From: a bacterium
GTDB taxonomy: Bacteria > Patescibacteriota > Patescibacteriia > JAACEG01 > JAGUWE01
Assembly: GCA_043798995.1 (NCBI GenBank)
Contig: JAZDOD010000004.1
Coordinates: forward strand, 1 to 45,859
Direction: 5' to 3'
DNA: 45,859 nucleotides
Translations under genes and position numbers: made by a program
The notes under the pieces: generated by a model
Told to the model about the DNA's origin: nothing
Seen by the model: only the letters and a program-made list of their open reading frames with translations
Databases searched by the model: none
Part shown: positions 27,316-35,673 of the stretch, piece after piece
Numbering within the stretch: the first letter of the stretch is position 1
Layout: each line of letters opens with the position of its first letter

Positions 27316-27959
27316 ATTTTTAAAAGGATATAAATTATTACCATTAGGGCAATCAGCCAATAAAAAATTTTCCTACTAATCCATTTAAAAGCAAGTGGAA
27401 TATTTAATAATACCAATAGAGCTGGAATTATAATCAGCTTTTTATCGAAATATTCTTTCTTATAAATAAAGAAAAAATAATACAAAATAGCAAAAAATAT
27501 TTCATTAGTAACAAGCCAGAGCTTTTCTCTCCCAAATTTACTAGATAAAAATTTCATTCCATCAAAAAAATAGAGAGACAATAATAAAAGGATGCCGAAT
27601 TTTGACCAGTGGAAAATGAAATCTAATTGATTTTTGAAAGAAGTGTGAATAAAAGCGAAGAGATTAAATATAAATAAACCGACAGATAAAGAAAGTAAAG
27701 TAGAGTTGAGGGCTATTGATTTTGGAGTTTCTTCTTTATAACTAATCAACTTAATCCAAAAATTGATAATCAAATAGCTTAAAAGTGCTGTGAATAATAT
27801 AAGTAATAAAACTTGCACCATTCTTAACGAATCATTTTGGAATTGTGTAATCTGTAAAAATAAACCAGTTATTATACCAACAAAGCCCGTTATGTCAATT
27901 AGACGCTTTTTCTTGTCGTAATAATTTTTTAGAAAATCTTGATATTTTTTATTTTCCAT
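27309..27959 (-). CDS. Hypothetical multi-pass membrane protein (very AT-rich)
   Basis: 216 aa, about 6-7 hydrophobic segments. Confidence 0.75.
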   Translation of the reverse strand: MENKKYQDFLKNYYDKKKRLIDITGFVGIITGLFLQITQFQNDSLRMVQVLLLILFTALLSYLIINFWIKLISYKEETPKSIALNSTLLSLSVGLFIFNLFAFIHTSFKNQLDFIFHWSKFGILLLLSLYFFDGMKFLSSKFGREKLWLVTNEIFFAILYYFFFIYKKEYFDKKLIIIPALLVLLNIPLAFKWISRKIFYWLIALMVIIYILLKIW

Positions 27960-27963
27960 AATT

Positions 27964-28011
27964 ATTTATTCTCACCTCCCCACCCATTAATTTTAGCAAA
28001 ATCAAATCGCG
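27964..28011 (-). pseudogene. Probable 3'-end remnant of type I R-M specificity subunit hsdS
   Basis: Translates RDLILLKLMGGEVRI, versus the typical HsdS end RDLLLPKLMSGE(I/V)RV. Confidence 0.6.
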
Positions 28012-28131
28012 AGAAAGATAATAAAATAAACCGGCTTTGCCCCGGCTTGAATTTTTGAGGTTCTTGTCGGGGTAATACCCCATTTATAACTAGATTACAA
28101 CAAATTTTTTAGAGAAAATCAAGGTTTTCCC

Positions 28132-28176
28132 TGTGGATAACTTTCGGTTTATTTTCGGTATCACTTGTGTTATAAT
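28132..28176 (+). promoter_or_regulatory. lexA promoter: DnaA-box-like 9-mer, TTCGG-N6-TTCGG direct repeat, extended -10
   Basis: TGTGGATAA 28132-28140; TTCGG 28143-47 and 28154-58; TGtTATAAT ends at 28176, 6 nt before the ATG. Confidence 0.65.
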
Positions 28177-28182
28177 ATAAAC

Positions 28183-29721
28183 ATGCTTACCAAACGCCAA
28201 AAACAAATATTGGACTTCATCAAATCTTTCCAAAAAAAGAAGGGGTATTCACCTACTCTTGAGGAAATTGGAAGAAAGTTTAAGCTTTCCTCCGTTGCAA
28301 CTATCCATCAGCATATAAAAGCATTAAAAGAAAAAGGATATTTACAGAAACAAAAAAATCAGAAAAGAGCTATTGATGTAATAAGGCGCGACGAAATAAT
28401 TAAAATTCCAATAGTAGGCACTATCGCCGCTGGCCAACCCATAGAGGCAATAGAGGTTCCCAGCGATACAATTGCGGTAACCAAAAATGAAATCGGCAAA
28501 TTCGGCAATCATTATGCTTTACGTGTTCAAGGTGACAGTATGATTAACGATGGGATTTTTGACGGTGATATTGTTGTAATTCGAAAACAAGAAACTGCCG
28601 ACGATGGCCAGACAGTCGTAGCGATTATTGACGACAATGAAGCTACTCTAAAAAAAATTTATAGGGAAAAGTCACGTTTTAAATTACAACCGGCAAATCA
28701 ATCAATGTTGCCGATTTACCGTAAGGAGGTAGAAGTGCGAGGCGTTGTAGTCAAAATTGTAAGAAATTTAGAGAATGGCACCCAAGATAATACGCTCACC
28801 TATAAGAAAAAAACTTTTTTAGACCGCATAAAAAGTTCTAATCCAAATAGTCAAAATAAATACAAAAGAGTTGCTCTTTCCCCTATTAGATATGCTGGGG
28901 GGAAAAGTTTGGCAGTTGGACATGTTATTGAGCTATTACCTGACAATACAAAAAAGGTTGTTTCGCCATTCTTTGGCGGTGGCTCAATTGAAATAGCTAT
29001 AAGTAAAGAGCTTGGCCTAGAAGTTATTGGCTATGATATTTTTGACATCCTTTGTAATTATTGGAAATTTCAAATAGAAAAACCGGAACTTCTTTGTAAA
29101 AAACTGAAAGAATTAAAACCCAATAAAAAAACTTTTGAAAAAATAAGATTGATTTTAAATGATGTTTGGAAAAAGAAAATAAAATTAGATCCGCTGACTT
29201 TGGCGGTCTATTATGTTTATAACTTTAATTTATCCTATGGCCCGGGGTTTATGGGTTGGTCGTCTGATATTTACTTAAATGATAAAAAATACAAAAGAAT
29301 GATAGAAAACATCCGGGATTTTGACCCGAAAAATCTAAAAGTAGAATGTGCGGATTTCCAAGAAGTAATTAAAAATCACCCCAACGACTTTCTTTATTGC
29401 GACCCTCCCTATTATATTGGTAAGGATTCAAAAATGTTTAAGGGGATTTATCCAATGAGAAATATTCCCGTTCACCACAACGGATTTTCTCATGAAGCTC
29501 TGCGAGATTTATTAAAAAGCCACAAAGGAGGTTTTATCCTTTCGTATAATAACTGCCCAACAACAAGAGAATACTACAAAGAATTTCAGCAGTTCTTCCC
29601 CTCCTGGCAATATACTATGGGTCAAGGAGAAACGAGAATAGGACTAAACAGGAAAAATGGTAACGGCAGCCATGTAAAAGAATCTCACGAAATAATTATT
29701 TTTTGCCCGCCAAAAAATTAA
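28183..29721 (+). CDS. lexA: LexA repressor fused to a Dam-like (D12-class) DNA adenine methyltransferase
   Basis: LTKRQKQILDFI..GYSPT..EI HTH, IAAGQP cleavage site, GDSM, ATLKK; then PIRYAGGKS, SPFFGGGS, YCDPPY in the same frame. Confidence 0.92.
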   Translation: MLTKRQKQILDFIKSFQKKKGYSPTLEEIGRKFKLSSVATIHQHIKALKEKGYLQKQKNQKRAIDVIRRDEIIKIPIVGTIAAGQPIEAIEVPSDTIAVTKNEIGKFGNHYALRVQGDSMINDGIFDGDIVVIRKQETADDGQTVVAIIDDNEATLKKIYREKSRFKLQPANQSMLPIYRKEVEVRGVVVKIVRNLENGTQDNTLTYKKKTFLDRIKSSNPNSQNKYKRVALSPIRYAGGKSLAVGHVIELLPDNTKKVVSPFFGGGSIEIAISKELGLEVIGYDIFDILCNYWKFQIEKPELLCKKLKELKPNKKTFEKIRLILNDVWKKKIKLDPLTLAVYYVYNFNLSYGPGFMGWSSDIYLNDKKYKRMIENIRDFDPKNLKVECADFQEVIKNHPNDFLYCDPPYYIGKDSKMFKGIYPMRNIPVHHNGFSHEALRDLLKSHKGGFILSYNNCPTTREYYKEFQQFFPSWQYTMGQGETRIGLNRKNGNGSHVKESHEIIIFCPPKN

Positions 29722-29723
29722 AT

Positions 29724-30263
29724 CTATTTTTTGTTTAGTCTCTTTTGATGATACAAATTGTGTTTTCTTGCTAATTCTGGAGGATATGGCTTGTGATTTT
29801 CCTGGAAATTCCAATCGGGATATCTCTTTTCTTTTGAATAATAATCAGATTTACACAAATCCTCCATCTCCTTAAAACTTGCAATTTCTACTTTTTTATA
29901 ACCAAATAAACCACTGACTTTAGCTAATGTCCTGGGAGAAGTTATCATAAACAATTCTGCCTTTGATTTGTTGCGTAAAGCTCTTTCAATAAGTAAGTGG
30001 AGAACAAATCTGGGGACACCCGGACTTCCTGTCATAGCAGAAATATAAAACATCATAGTTGCTTTAATTCCTCCTTTTGAGGCAGAGCCACCGATTTTCT
30101 TAATAATCCCATCTTGAACTATTAAATAAATTCTTGCCGAATCATCACTCAGTGTTTTATTGCCAAGACCAGATAAATACTTGATATCTATTTTGTTTCT
30201 ATGATTTTGCCTTAACGCAAAATCACCAACCTTAATTGCCGTTTTTACATCTTTTATATTCAT
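29724..30263 (-). CDS. GIY-YIG family type II restriction endonuclease (Hpy188I-like), probable cognate of the MTase
   Basis: RIYLIVQDGIIKKIGGS degenerate GIY-YIG, later E..L.......P.WN; converges on the MTase with a 2-bp gap. Confidence 0.7.
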   Translation of the reverse strand: MNIKDVKTAIKVGDFALRQNHRNKIDIKYLSGLGNKTLSDDSARIYLIVQDGIIKKIGGSASKGGIKATMMFYISAMTGSPGVPRFVLHLLIERALRNKSKAELFMITSPRTLAKVSGLFGYKKVEIASFKEMEDLCKSDYYSKEKRYPDWNFQENHKPYPPELARKHNLYHQKRLNKK

Positions 30264-30326
30264 AGAAATTTTATTTCAAAAAAAGCTGCTGTCTTTTTCA
30301 TAAACTTTACTTTTTTGCCATAAATG

Positions 30327-30397
30327 TTCGGGAGTAGGGACTCGAACCCCAATTAGCAGAGCCAGAATCTGCTGTCCTACCATTAGACGACTCCCGA
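30327..30397 (-). tRNA. tRNA-Gln (anticodon CTG), CCA not encoded
   Basis: TCGGGAG TC GTCTAATGGTAGGAC A GCAGA-TTCTGGC-TCTGC TAAT TGGGG-TTCGAGT-CCCTA CTCCCGA A cloverleaf. Confidence 0.95.
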
Positions 30398-30448
30398 AAA
30401 AATTAGTGCGGGGCAAGTTAGACGATCCCGCAATGAATTTTTTCAAGT

Positions 30449-31552
30449 TCAGATTTTGCCGATTTTTTCAGTAGCTTCAATGATGGCCAATTCCAACGGC
30501 AGTTGAATGATTTCCGAATATTTAATTTCCGGCTTGCGGCGGTTGAAAATTTCAATCATAGCCATAATATCCGCTAAATCTAATTCTTTGTTTAAATCAA
30601 TGATTTCTTTTTCCAAAGTTTCATCTAACTCAATACTGAACTGCTCCAAATTGCCGCCGATTTTGGCCAGTAAAATTTTCCGTAGAATTTCAATCAAATC
30701 ATTGGTAAACTGAATCAGATTTATGCCTTCAAAAACAATGCGGTTAATAAAACCGATGGCCGCCGGAGCTTCTTTTTTGGCCAAATATTTAAGCAGTTCC
30801 AAAATCAAATTAAAATCCGAGCGGGGCAAAATCAAGTCCGCTTCCTCAAGCCCGACTTCCTTTTCGCCCAAAGCCAGAATCTGCCCCAAAACGCTTTCGG
30901 CGTCGCGGATTGAACCGCCGGAAATTCTGGCAATATTTTCCAAAACTTTTTTGTCAATTTTGATTTTTTCTTTTTCGGCGATGGAAGCCAAGAGCACCAC
31001 AATTTCTTTCGGGCTTATCTTTTTAAAATCAAACCGCTGACAGCGCGAAATAATGGTCGCCGGCACTTTATGGATTTCGGTGGTGGCCAAAATGAAAACA
31101 ACGTTTTGCGGCGGTTCTTCCAAAATTTTTAAAAGGGCGTTAAAAGCGGCGCCGGAAAGCATGTGAACCTCATCAATAATAAAGACCCGATATTTAAAAC
31201 GGGCCGGACTGATTTTGGCAGTAGTAATAATATTTTCCCGGACATTATCAACGCCGGTATGAGAAGCCGCATCAATTTCAATCACATCAAAAGATTTGCC
31301 CACGGTGATTTCCTGACAAACATTACACTCATTACAGGGTTCGGTCGGCTCATCTTTATTATTTAAACAGTTGATGGTTTTGGCTAAAATTCTGGCGGTC
31401 GTGGTTTTGCCAATACCGCGCGGTCCGGCAAAGATAAAAGCATGGGCTAATTTGCCCATCCTGATTTCATTCTGCAGTGTTATTTTTATATGATTTTGAC
31501 CAACCAGTTCTGAAAACTTTTGCGGCCGGTATTTGCGATAAAGAGTAGACAT
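30449..31552 (-). CDS. dnaX: DNA polymerase III subunit gamma/tau
   Basis: LYRKYRPQKF, GPRGIGKTT, EIDAAS, IDEVHML, SRCQRF; start ATG 31552. Confidence 0.97.
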   Translation of the reverse strand: MSTLYRKYRPQKFSELVGQNHIKITLQNEIRMGKLAHAFIFAGPRGIGKTTTARILAKTINCLNNKDEPTEPCNECNVCQEITVGKSFDVIEIDAASHTGVDNVRENIITTAKISPARFKYRVFIIDEVHMLSGAAFNALLKILEEPPQNVVFILATTEIHKVPATIISRCQRFDFKKISPKEIVVLLASIAEKEKIKIDKKVLENIARISGGSIRDAESVLGQILALGEKEVGLEEADLILPRSDFNLILELLKYLAKKEAPAAIGFINRIVFEGINLIQFTNDLIEILRKILLAKIGGNLEQFSIELDETLEKEIIDLNKELDLADIMAMIEIFNRRKPEIKYSEIIQLPLELAIIEATEKIGKI

Positions 31553-31561
31553 AAATTCAAA

Positions 31562-31700
31562 AGGATTAAATTCAAAATTCGAAGCACGAAATTCTAAACA
31601 ATATCTAAATTCCAATTTCCCAAATTTTAAACAGTTTGGAATTTTAAATTTAGGATTTAGAATTTGTTTAGGATTTAGAATTTTGGATTTCGAATTTTAA
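31562..31700. repeat. Long imperfect palindrome built of heptamer repeats
   Basis: aaattcgaagcacgaaattctaaacaa...ttgtttaggatttagaattttggatttcgaattt. Confidence 0.75.
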
Positions 31701-31705
31701 AAAAG

Positions 31706-32371
31706 TTAAGAACTTTTTTTGATTATATTCTCCACCGCGGCCCAGCGGCTTTTGCAGTCTTTAGGCGCTAAAACCACTGTCTCATCCCCTGCTTCGCCTT
31801 TAAAATAAGTTACCGAAGCAGTCAAGACCTTCCATTTTTGATCGCCTAAAACCACATAATACTGGCTCTTGGCTTCATTAAAAATTAAGCTGCCGATTAT
31901 CCTTTCGCGTTCAACCGGGCCGATTTGCTTAAAGATAAATGAGCCGTCTTTGTGGATGGTCAGCTTTAAAATATCGCCTTCCACCAGTTTTGATTTTGAA
32001 GCGTAGTTAGCCGGCACCGAATAAATTTTGCCATCCGGTCCGACCATATTTTGGCCGTCAAAAACTCCCTCAATAATTTTTTCGCCGGCTTTGCCGGTTT
32101 TAATTTCCGGTTTGATAGCGGCTAATTTATCCGAACTGAATTCCAACTCAACTTCGCCGCTGCCAAGATCAACTTCTTCAATTAAGTTAAGAAGCTGGGT
32201 TGTTTCATTTTTGATTTTTTGCAAACCGGCTTTTAATTCTATGATATTAATTTTAGCTTTAACCGGAGCTTTTTCTTCTTTTTTCTTGCCTTTTGTTTCT
32301 TCCGGCAATTCCAAATCATCCAGCTCATCCAGAATGTCTTTTGTTTTTTTGTTTTTGGTTTCGCTTGTCAT
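31706..32371 (-). CDS. Conserved hypothetical protein
   Basis: IIEGVFDGQNMVG, YSVPANYASKSKLVEGD, FKQIGPV, VLTASVTYF. Confidence 0.8.
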   Translation of the reverse strand: MTSETKNKKTKDILDELDDLELPEETKGKKKEEKAPVKAKINIIELKAGLQKIKNETTQLLNLIEEVDLGSGEVELEFSSDKLAAIKPEIKTGKAGEKIIEGVFDGQNMVGPDGKIYSVPANYASKSKLVEGDILKLTIHKDGSFIFKQIGPVERERIIGSLIFNEAKSQYYVVLGDQKWKVLTASVTYFKGEAGDETVVLAPKDCKSRWAAVENIIKKSS

Positions 32372-32479
32372 AGTTTTGGTTTTTTATTTTTTTAGTTTAA
32401 TTTAATTTTGATAAATTTAGATAAATTTAGCAGATTTGACTAAATAAGTCAACCAGTTTTAACAGCGGCAAACTTGGGC

Positions 32480-34987
32480 TTACGCATTAATATTGACGCG
32501 TTTGAGGATTTCTGCTTCAACCAGGGCTAAATCACGGCCGTATTTTAAGCGGGAAAGCTGTCTAATTTTTTCACTGCGATCTTCATCGCCTCTTTCTAAG
32601 GGCAAAGTCAACATATTAAATGGCCGGGCCGATTGATTATCAATCAAGAGTTTAACATAAGCGTTATATTTTTCAATATTAATCAAATCACGCTCATTAA
32701 AAACCGGGGCAAATTCCTGGGCAATAAATTTGGCGTCCTCCGCCCCGATTTTAAAAGTAATCATAGTGCCGACATTGCCAAAGACCGCATCGCGGATTGA
32801 GCTGTCCTGCCCCTTAACTAATTGGCCGATATACTGATGGGCAATAATCAGGTCAAGATGATATTTTCTCGCTTCAGACAAAATAATGGCAATGCTGTCG
32901 GTAATAAAATTCTGGAATTCATCCAGATAAAGATAAAAATCGCGCCGCTTTTCCTGATCCAGATCCGTCCGGCTTAAGGCAGCCATTAAAATCTTGCCAA
33001 CCAAAACCATGCCGATTAAATAAGCGTTTAAATCGCCCAGTTTGCCTTTGGCCAAATTAACAATTAAAATTTTGCCTTCATCCATAATTTGCCGCAGATT
33101 AAAGGCGCTTTTTTGCTGGCCGATAATAGGCCGCATCATATCATTGGCCACAAAGGCGTTGAGTTTGGAAGTAACATAAGGCACCACATTGGCCAAAGCC
33201 GCTTCGCCGCCGGCTTTTTCCGCTTCTTTTTGCCAAAAATCCTTGACTACCGGATTTCGGCAGTTGCTTAATTTCAAGCGGCGAAAATCAGCTTCGGCTA
33301 AAACCTTGGGAATTTCCATTAAAGTACTGCCTGACTGCGGATGATCCATCACTAACAGCATGGCGTTTCTCATATATTGTTCAAATATCGGCCCGCCGGT
33401 CTGTTTTAGATCATAAAGTTTGTCAAAAATCTTAATCATTTCATTAATGACAAAAGTTTTTTGTTCAGGATATTTTGGATCGTATTCCAAAAGATTTAAA
33501 CCCATCGGCCGTGGAGTATCGGCCGGATAAAAGTAAATTACATCCTCGGCCCGTTCGGCTGGAATTTGCTCTAAAATATCGTTGGCTAAATCCCCGTGCG
33601 GATCAACAACGCAAAGCCCTGCGCCGGCTTTTATATCCTGAACGGCCATATTAGCAATCAAAACCGATTTGCCGACACCGGATTTACCAATAATATAAAC
33701 ATGGCGGCGGCGATCAGTTTTTCCAATACGGATTAAATTTTCTTCGCCGCGGAAAATATTTTTACCCAAAATAACGCCTTCCGCGGGAATGTTAAGCGGT
33801 GCCGGCGCTCGTTTGGCCGCCAGCCATAAAATATTCGGCGTTTCGGTTCCGGGCAGGGGAAAATGAAAAATGCTGGCAACTTCCTCGCAATTGAGAAGCA
33901 TTTTTTTTCTTTCATCAAAGTTGCGGTAAATAAAATTACGGATGATTTTTTTATTATTTTTTAATCTTTTAAGGCGAAATGAATTGCCGTACTGATAAAT
34001 ATTGTATTGAGGGAAAGCGTCCAAAATATTATTTAAGTACATCTCGGCGCGAGTCGGGTTTTCCGAAGAAACAACAATCCTTATATTAACATCCAAACCG
34101 GCTTTGGACGTTTTTTCTTCCAGGTTTTTAACCAGTTCTTCTTCCATAGGCGAAAGCCGGTATGGCTCCTGATAAGGATTTTTTTTCTGCATTTGCTTTT
34201 GGGCATTGGCGCCGCCGCCGATTAGCATATGCCCCACTTCCTGCCAGAACGGATGACCGCCAACGCCGGTTGAATTGGCTGATTTCATTGCTTCTTTTAA
34301 AGGTTTGCCCTGCTTCATCTGGCTGGCAATTTTAGCTCCCCAGGCATGCCACTGGGCTTTGGCCGAACGAATTGTTATCTGAATGGCGGCGCCTTCATTT
34401 TTTTGAAGTTTTGAAAGCGAATTGGTTAAAGAATTCAAAGGATCAGAATTTAATTTTTTGTAAGTTTTAATCGGGAAAATATAGGGTTTGACTTGAGTAA
34501 TAATGGCGGTTTTAATAACGCCGCGGGGCGAAAAAATATTATAGTCAGTTACTTTTTCAATCAATGCCTCCTGATATTGGGCATGAATTTCCTGTTCCAG
34601 AAATCTTTCCAGATAATGCGGCACGGCCACAAAAAAATAAATAATGCCTTTGTGCGAAACGATTTCCAAGGTAATGTGATCAGAACGGCCGAAAAGCAGG
34701 GCCTTAAAACCGCGCTGAGCCCGAATACCGCCTAAACTGCTAAAGAGAGATTCGGCTAAGCCAATTTTTTCCTGGATGGCCTGAAGAGAAGCAAACTTAG
34801 TTGAATCTTGGTCTTTGGTGGACTCCTTTGGCAAAGTGACTAAAAAAAGTGTTTTTTGAAAAGCATAGGGCAGCCAGCCGCGCCTTCTTAAAACAAAACG
34901 GACAACTAAAATACCAACAAAAACAAAAATAACAATGAGGATAAATATCATTGTTAAATAAATTAAAATTGTGGTTTGATTTTCCAT
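32480..34987 (-). CDS. Membrane-anchored VirD4/TraG-like ATPase (fused form)
   Basis: N-terminal TM; LEIVS, FPIKTY, EEVASIFHFP; DRRRHVYIIGKSGVGKS, DPHGD, LDEFQNF, SEARKY. Confidence 0.9.
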   Translation of the reverse strand: MENQTTILIYLTMIFILIVIFVFVGILVVRFVLRRRGWLPYAFQKTLFLVTLPKESTKDQDSTKFASLQAIQEKIGLAESLFSSLGGIRAQRGFKALLFGRSDHITLEIVSHKGIIYFFVAVPHYLERFLEQEIHAQYQEALIEKVTDYNIFSPRGVIKTAIITQVKPYIFPIKTYKKLNSDPLNSLTNSLSKLQKNEGAAIQITIRSAKAQWHAWGAKIASQMKQGKPLKEAMKSANSTGVGGHPFWQEVGHMLIGGGANAQKQMQKKNPYQEPYRLSPMEEELVKNLEEKTSKAGLDVNIRIVVSSENPTRAEMYLNNILDAFPQYNIYQYGNSFRLKRLKNNKKIIRNFIYRNFDERKKMLLNCEEVASIFHFPLPGTETPNILWLAAKRAPAPLNIPAEGVILGKNIFRGEENLIRIGKTDRRRHVYIIGKSGVGKSVLIANMAVQDIKAGAGLCVVDPHGDLANDILEQIPAERAEDVIYFYPADTPRPMGLNLLEYDPKYPEQKTFVINEMIKIFDKLYDLKQTGGPIFEQYMRNAMLLVMDHPQSGSTLMEIPKVLAEADFRRLKLSNCRNPVVKDFWQKEAEKAGGEAALANVVPYVTSKLNAFVANDMMRPIIGQQKSAFNLRQIMDEGKILIVNLAKGKLGDLNAYLIGMVLVGKILMAALSRTDLDQEKRRDFYLYLDEFQNFITDSIAIILSEARKYHLDLIIAHQYIGQLVKGQDSSIRDAVFGNVGTMITFKIGAEDAKFIAQEFAPVFNERDLINIEKYNAYVKLLIDNQSARPFNMLTLPLERGDEDRSEKIRQLSRLKYGRDLALVEAEILKRVNINA

Positions 34988-35003
34988 TTTTTTGTTTTTG
35001 GGA

Positions 35004-35555
35004 TTAAATTAGATCGTCGACGTCCAATTCTTTTTCTTTTTGTTTTTCGTCTTTTTTGGCCAGTTGTAAAATTTTATCGGTTTTTATTTTAGCTTCTTGC
35101 TCTAAAAAAAATCTATTCACGCCGGGAATAAATTTGAGCCAGTCTTTGATTAAATTTAAAATCTGCGAAACTTTAATTTTAACCTGGGATAAAACTGTTT
35201 CAATTTTGGTAGCCGTTACCTCGCCTTTTTGCTTGAACTCGGTTTTTTTCTCAGAAGGCAACTTAAAATAAATTTCTCCCAAATCTTCTTCTAAAATATT
35301 TTCAATTTCTTTAAGCGTCTGGCTTTTAATGATTTTGGTGCTGACTTGGCTGCTGGACGTAAGGATTTCCGGTTTCGACTCTTCTTTTGTAGTTGCAGGC
35401 AATTCTTTTTCATTTTCCGGTTTTACTTCACCTGTTTTTTCCAACGCTTTTTCCAACGCTTTTTCCCCAACTTCAAACTGAGGAAGCGAATTTTCTTTTT
35501 TTGGCGTTTCCTTTTCACTGCTGGTTAAATTTTGGCTTGGGGAGATGTTAGGCAT
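35004..35555 (-). CDS. Conserved hypothetical protein
   Basis: IENILEEDL, FKQKGE.TA, WLKFIPGVNRFFLEQEAKIKTD. Confidence 0.75.
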   Translation of the reverse strand: MPNISPSQNLTSSEKETPKKENSLPQFEVGEKALEKALEKTGEVKPENEKELPATTKEESKPEILTSSSQVSTKIIKSQTLKEIENILEEDLGEIYFKLPSEKKTEFKQKGEVTATKIETVLSQVKIKVSQILNLIKDWLKFIPGVNRFFLEQEAKIKTDKILQLAKKDEKQKEKELDVDDLI

Positions 35556-35673
35556 AGCTTTATATTATTATACAAATTTTAGCTTCTTTGGTCAATAAAG
35601 TAAAAATATGGTATAATACTTATCAACAACCCAACTATCAAATTTTAAATTTGAAATTCTAAATTTTAAATTG

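Noticed and set aside
28132-28140. Replication origin from a perfect DnaA box
   Set aside because: Only one box noticed, no cluster, and no dnaA/dnaN nearby.
26800-30340. att-flanked island integrated at tRNA-Gln
   Set aside because: I could not find a repeat of the tRNA 3' end or an integrase by eye; only a hotspot is claimed.
10315-34987. Integrative conjugative element
   Set aside because: No relaxase, VirB4/VirB-type channel genes or integrase; the ATPases sit among housekeeping genes.
35430-35465. 12-bp tandem repeat TTTTCCAACGCT
   Set aside because: A simple in-frame duplication (EKALEKALEK) in a low-complexity region.
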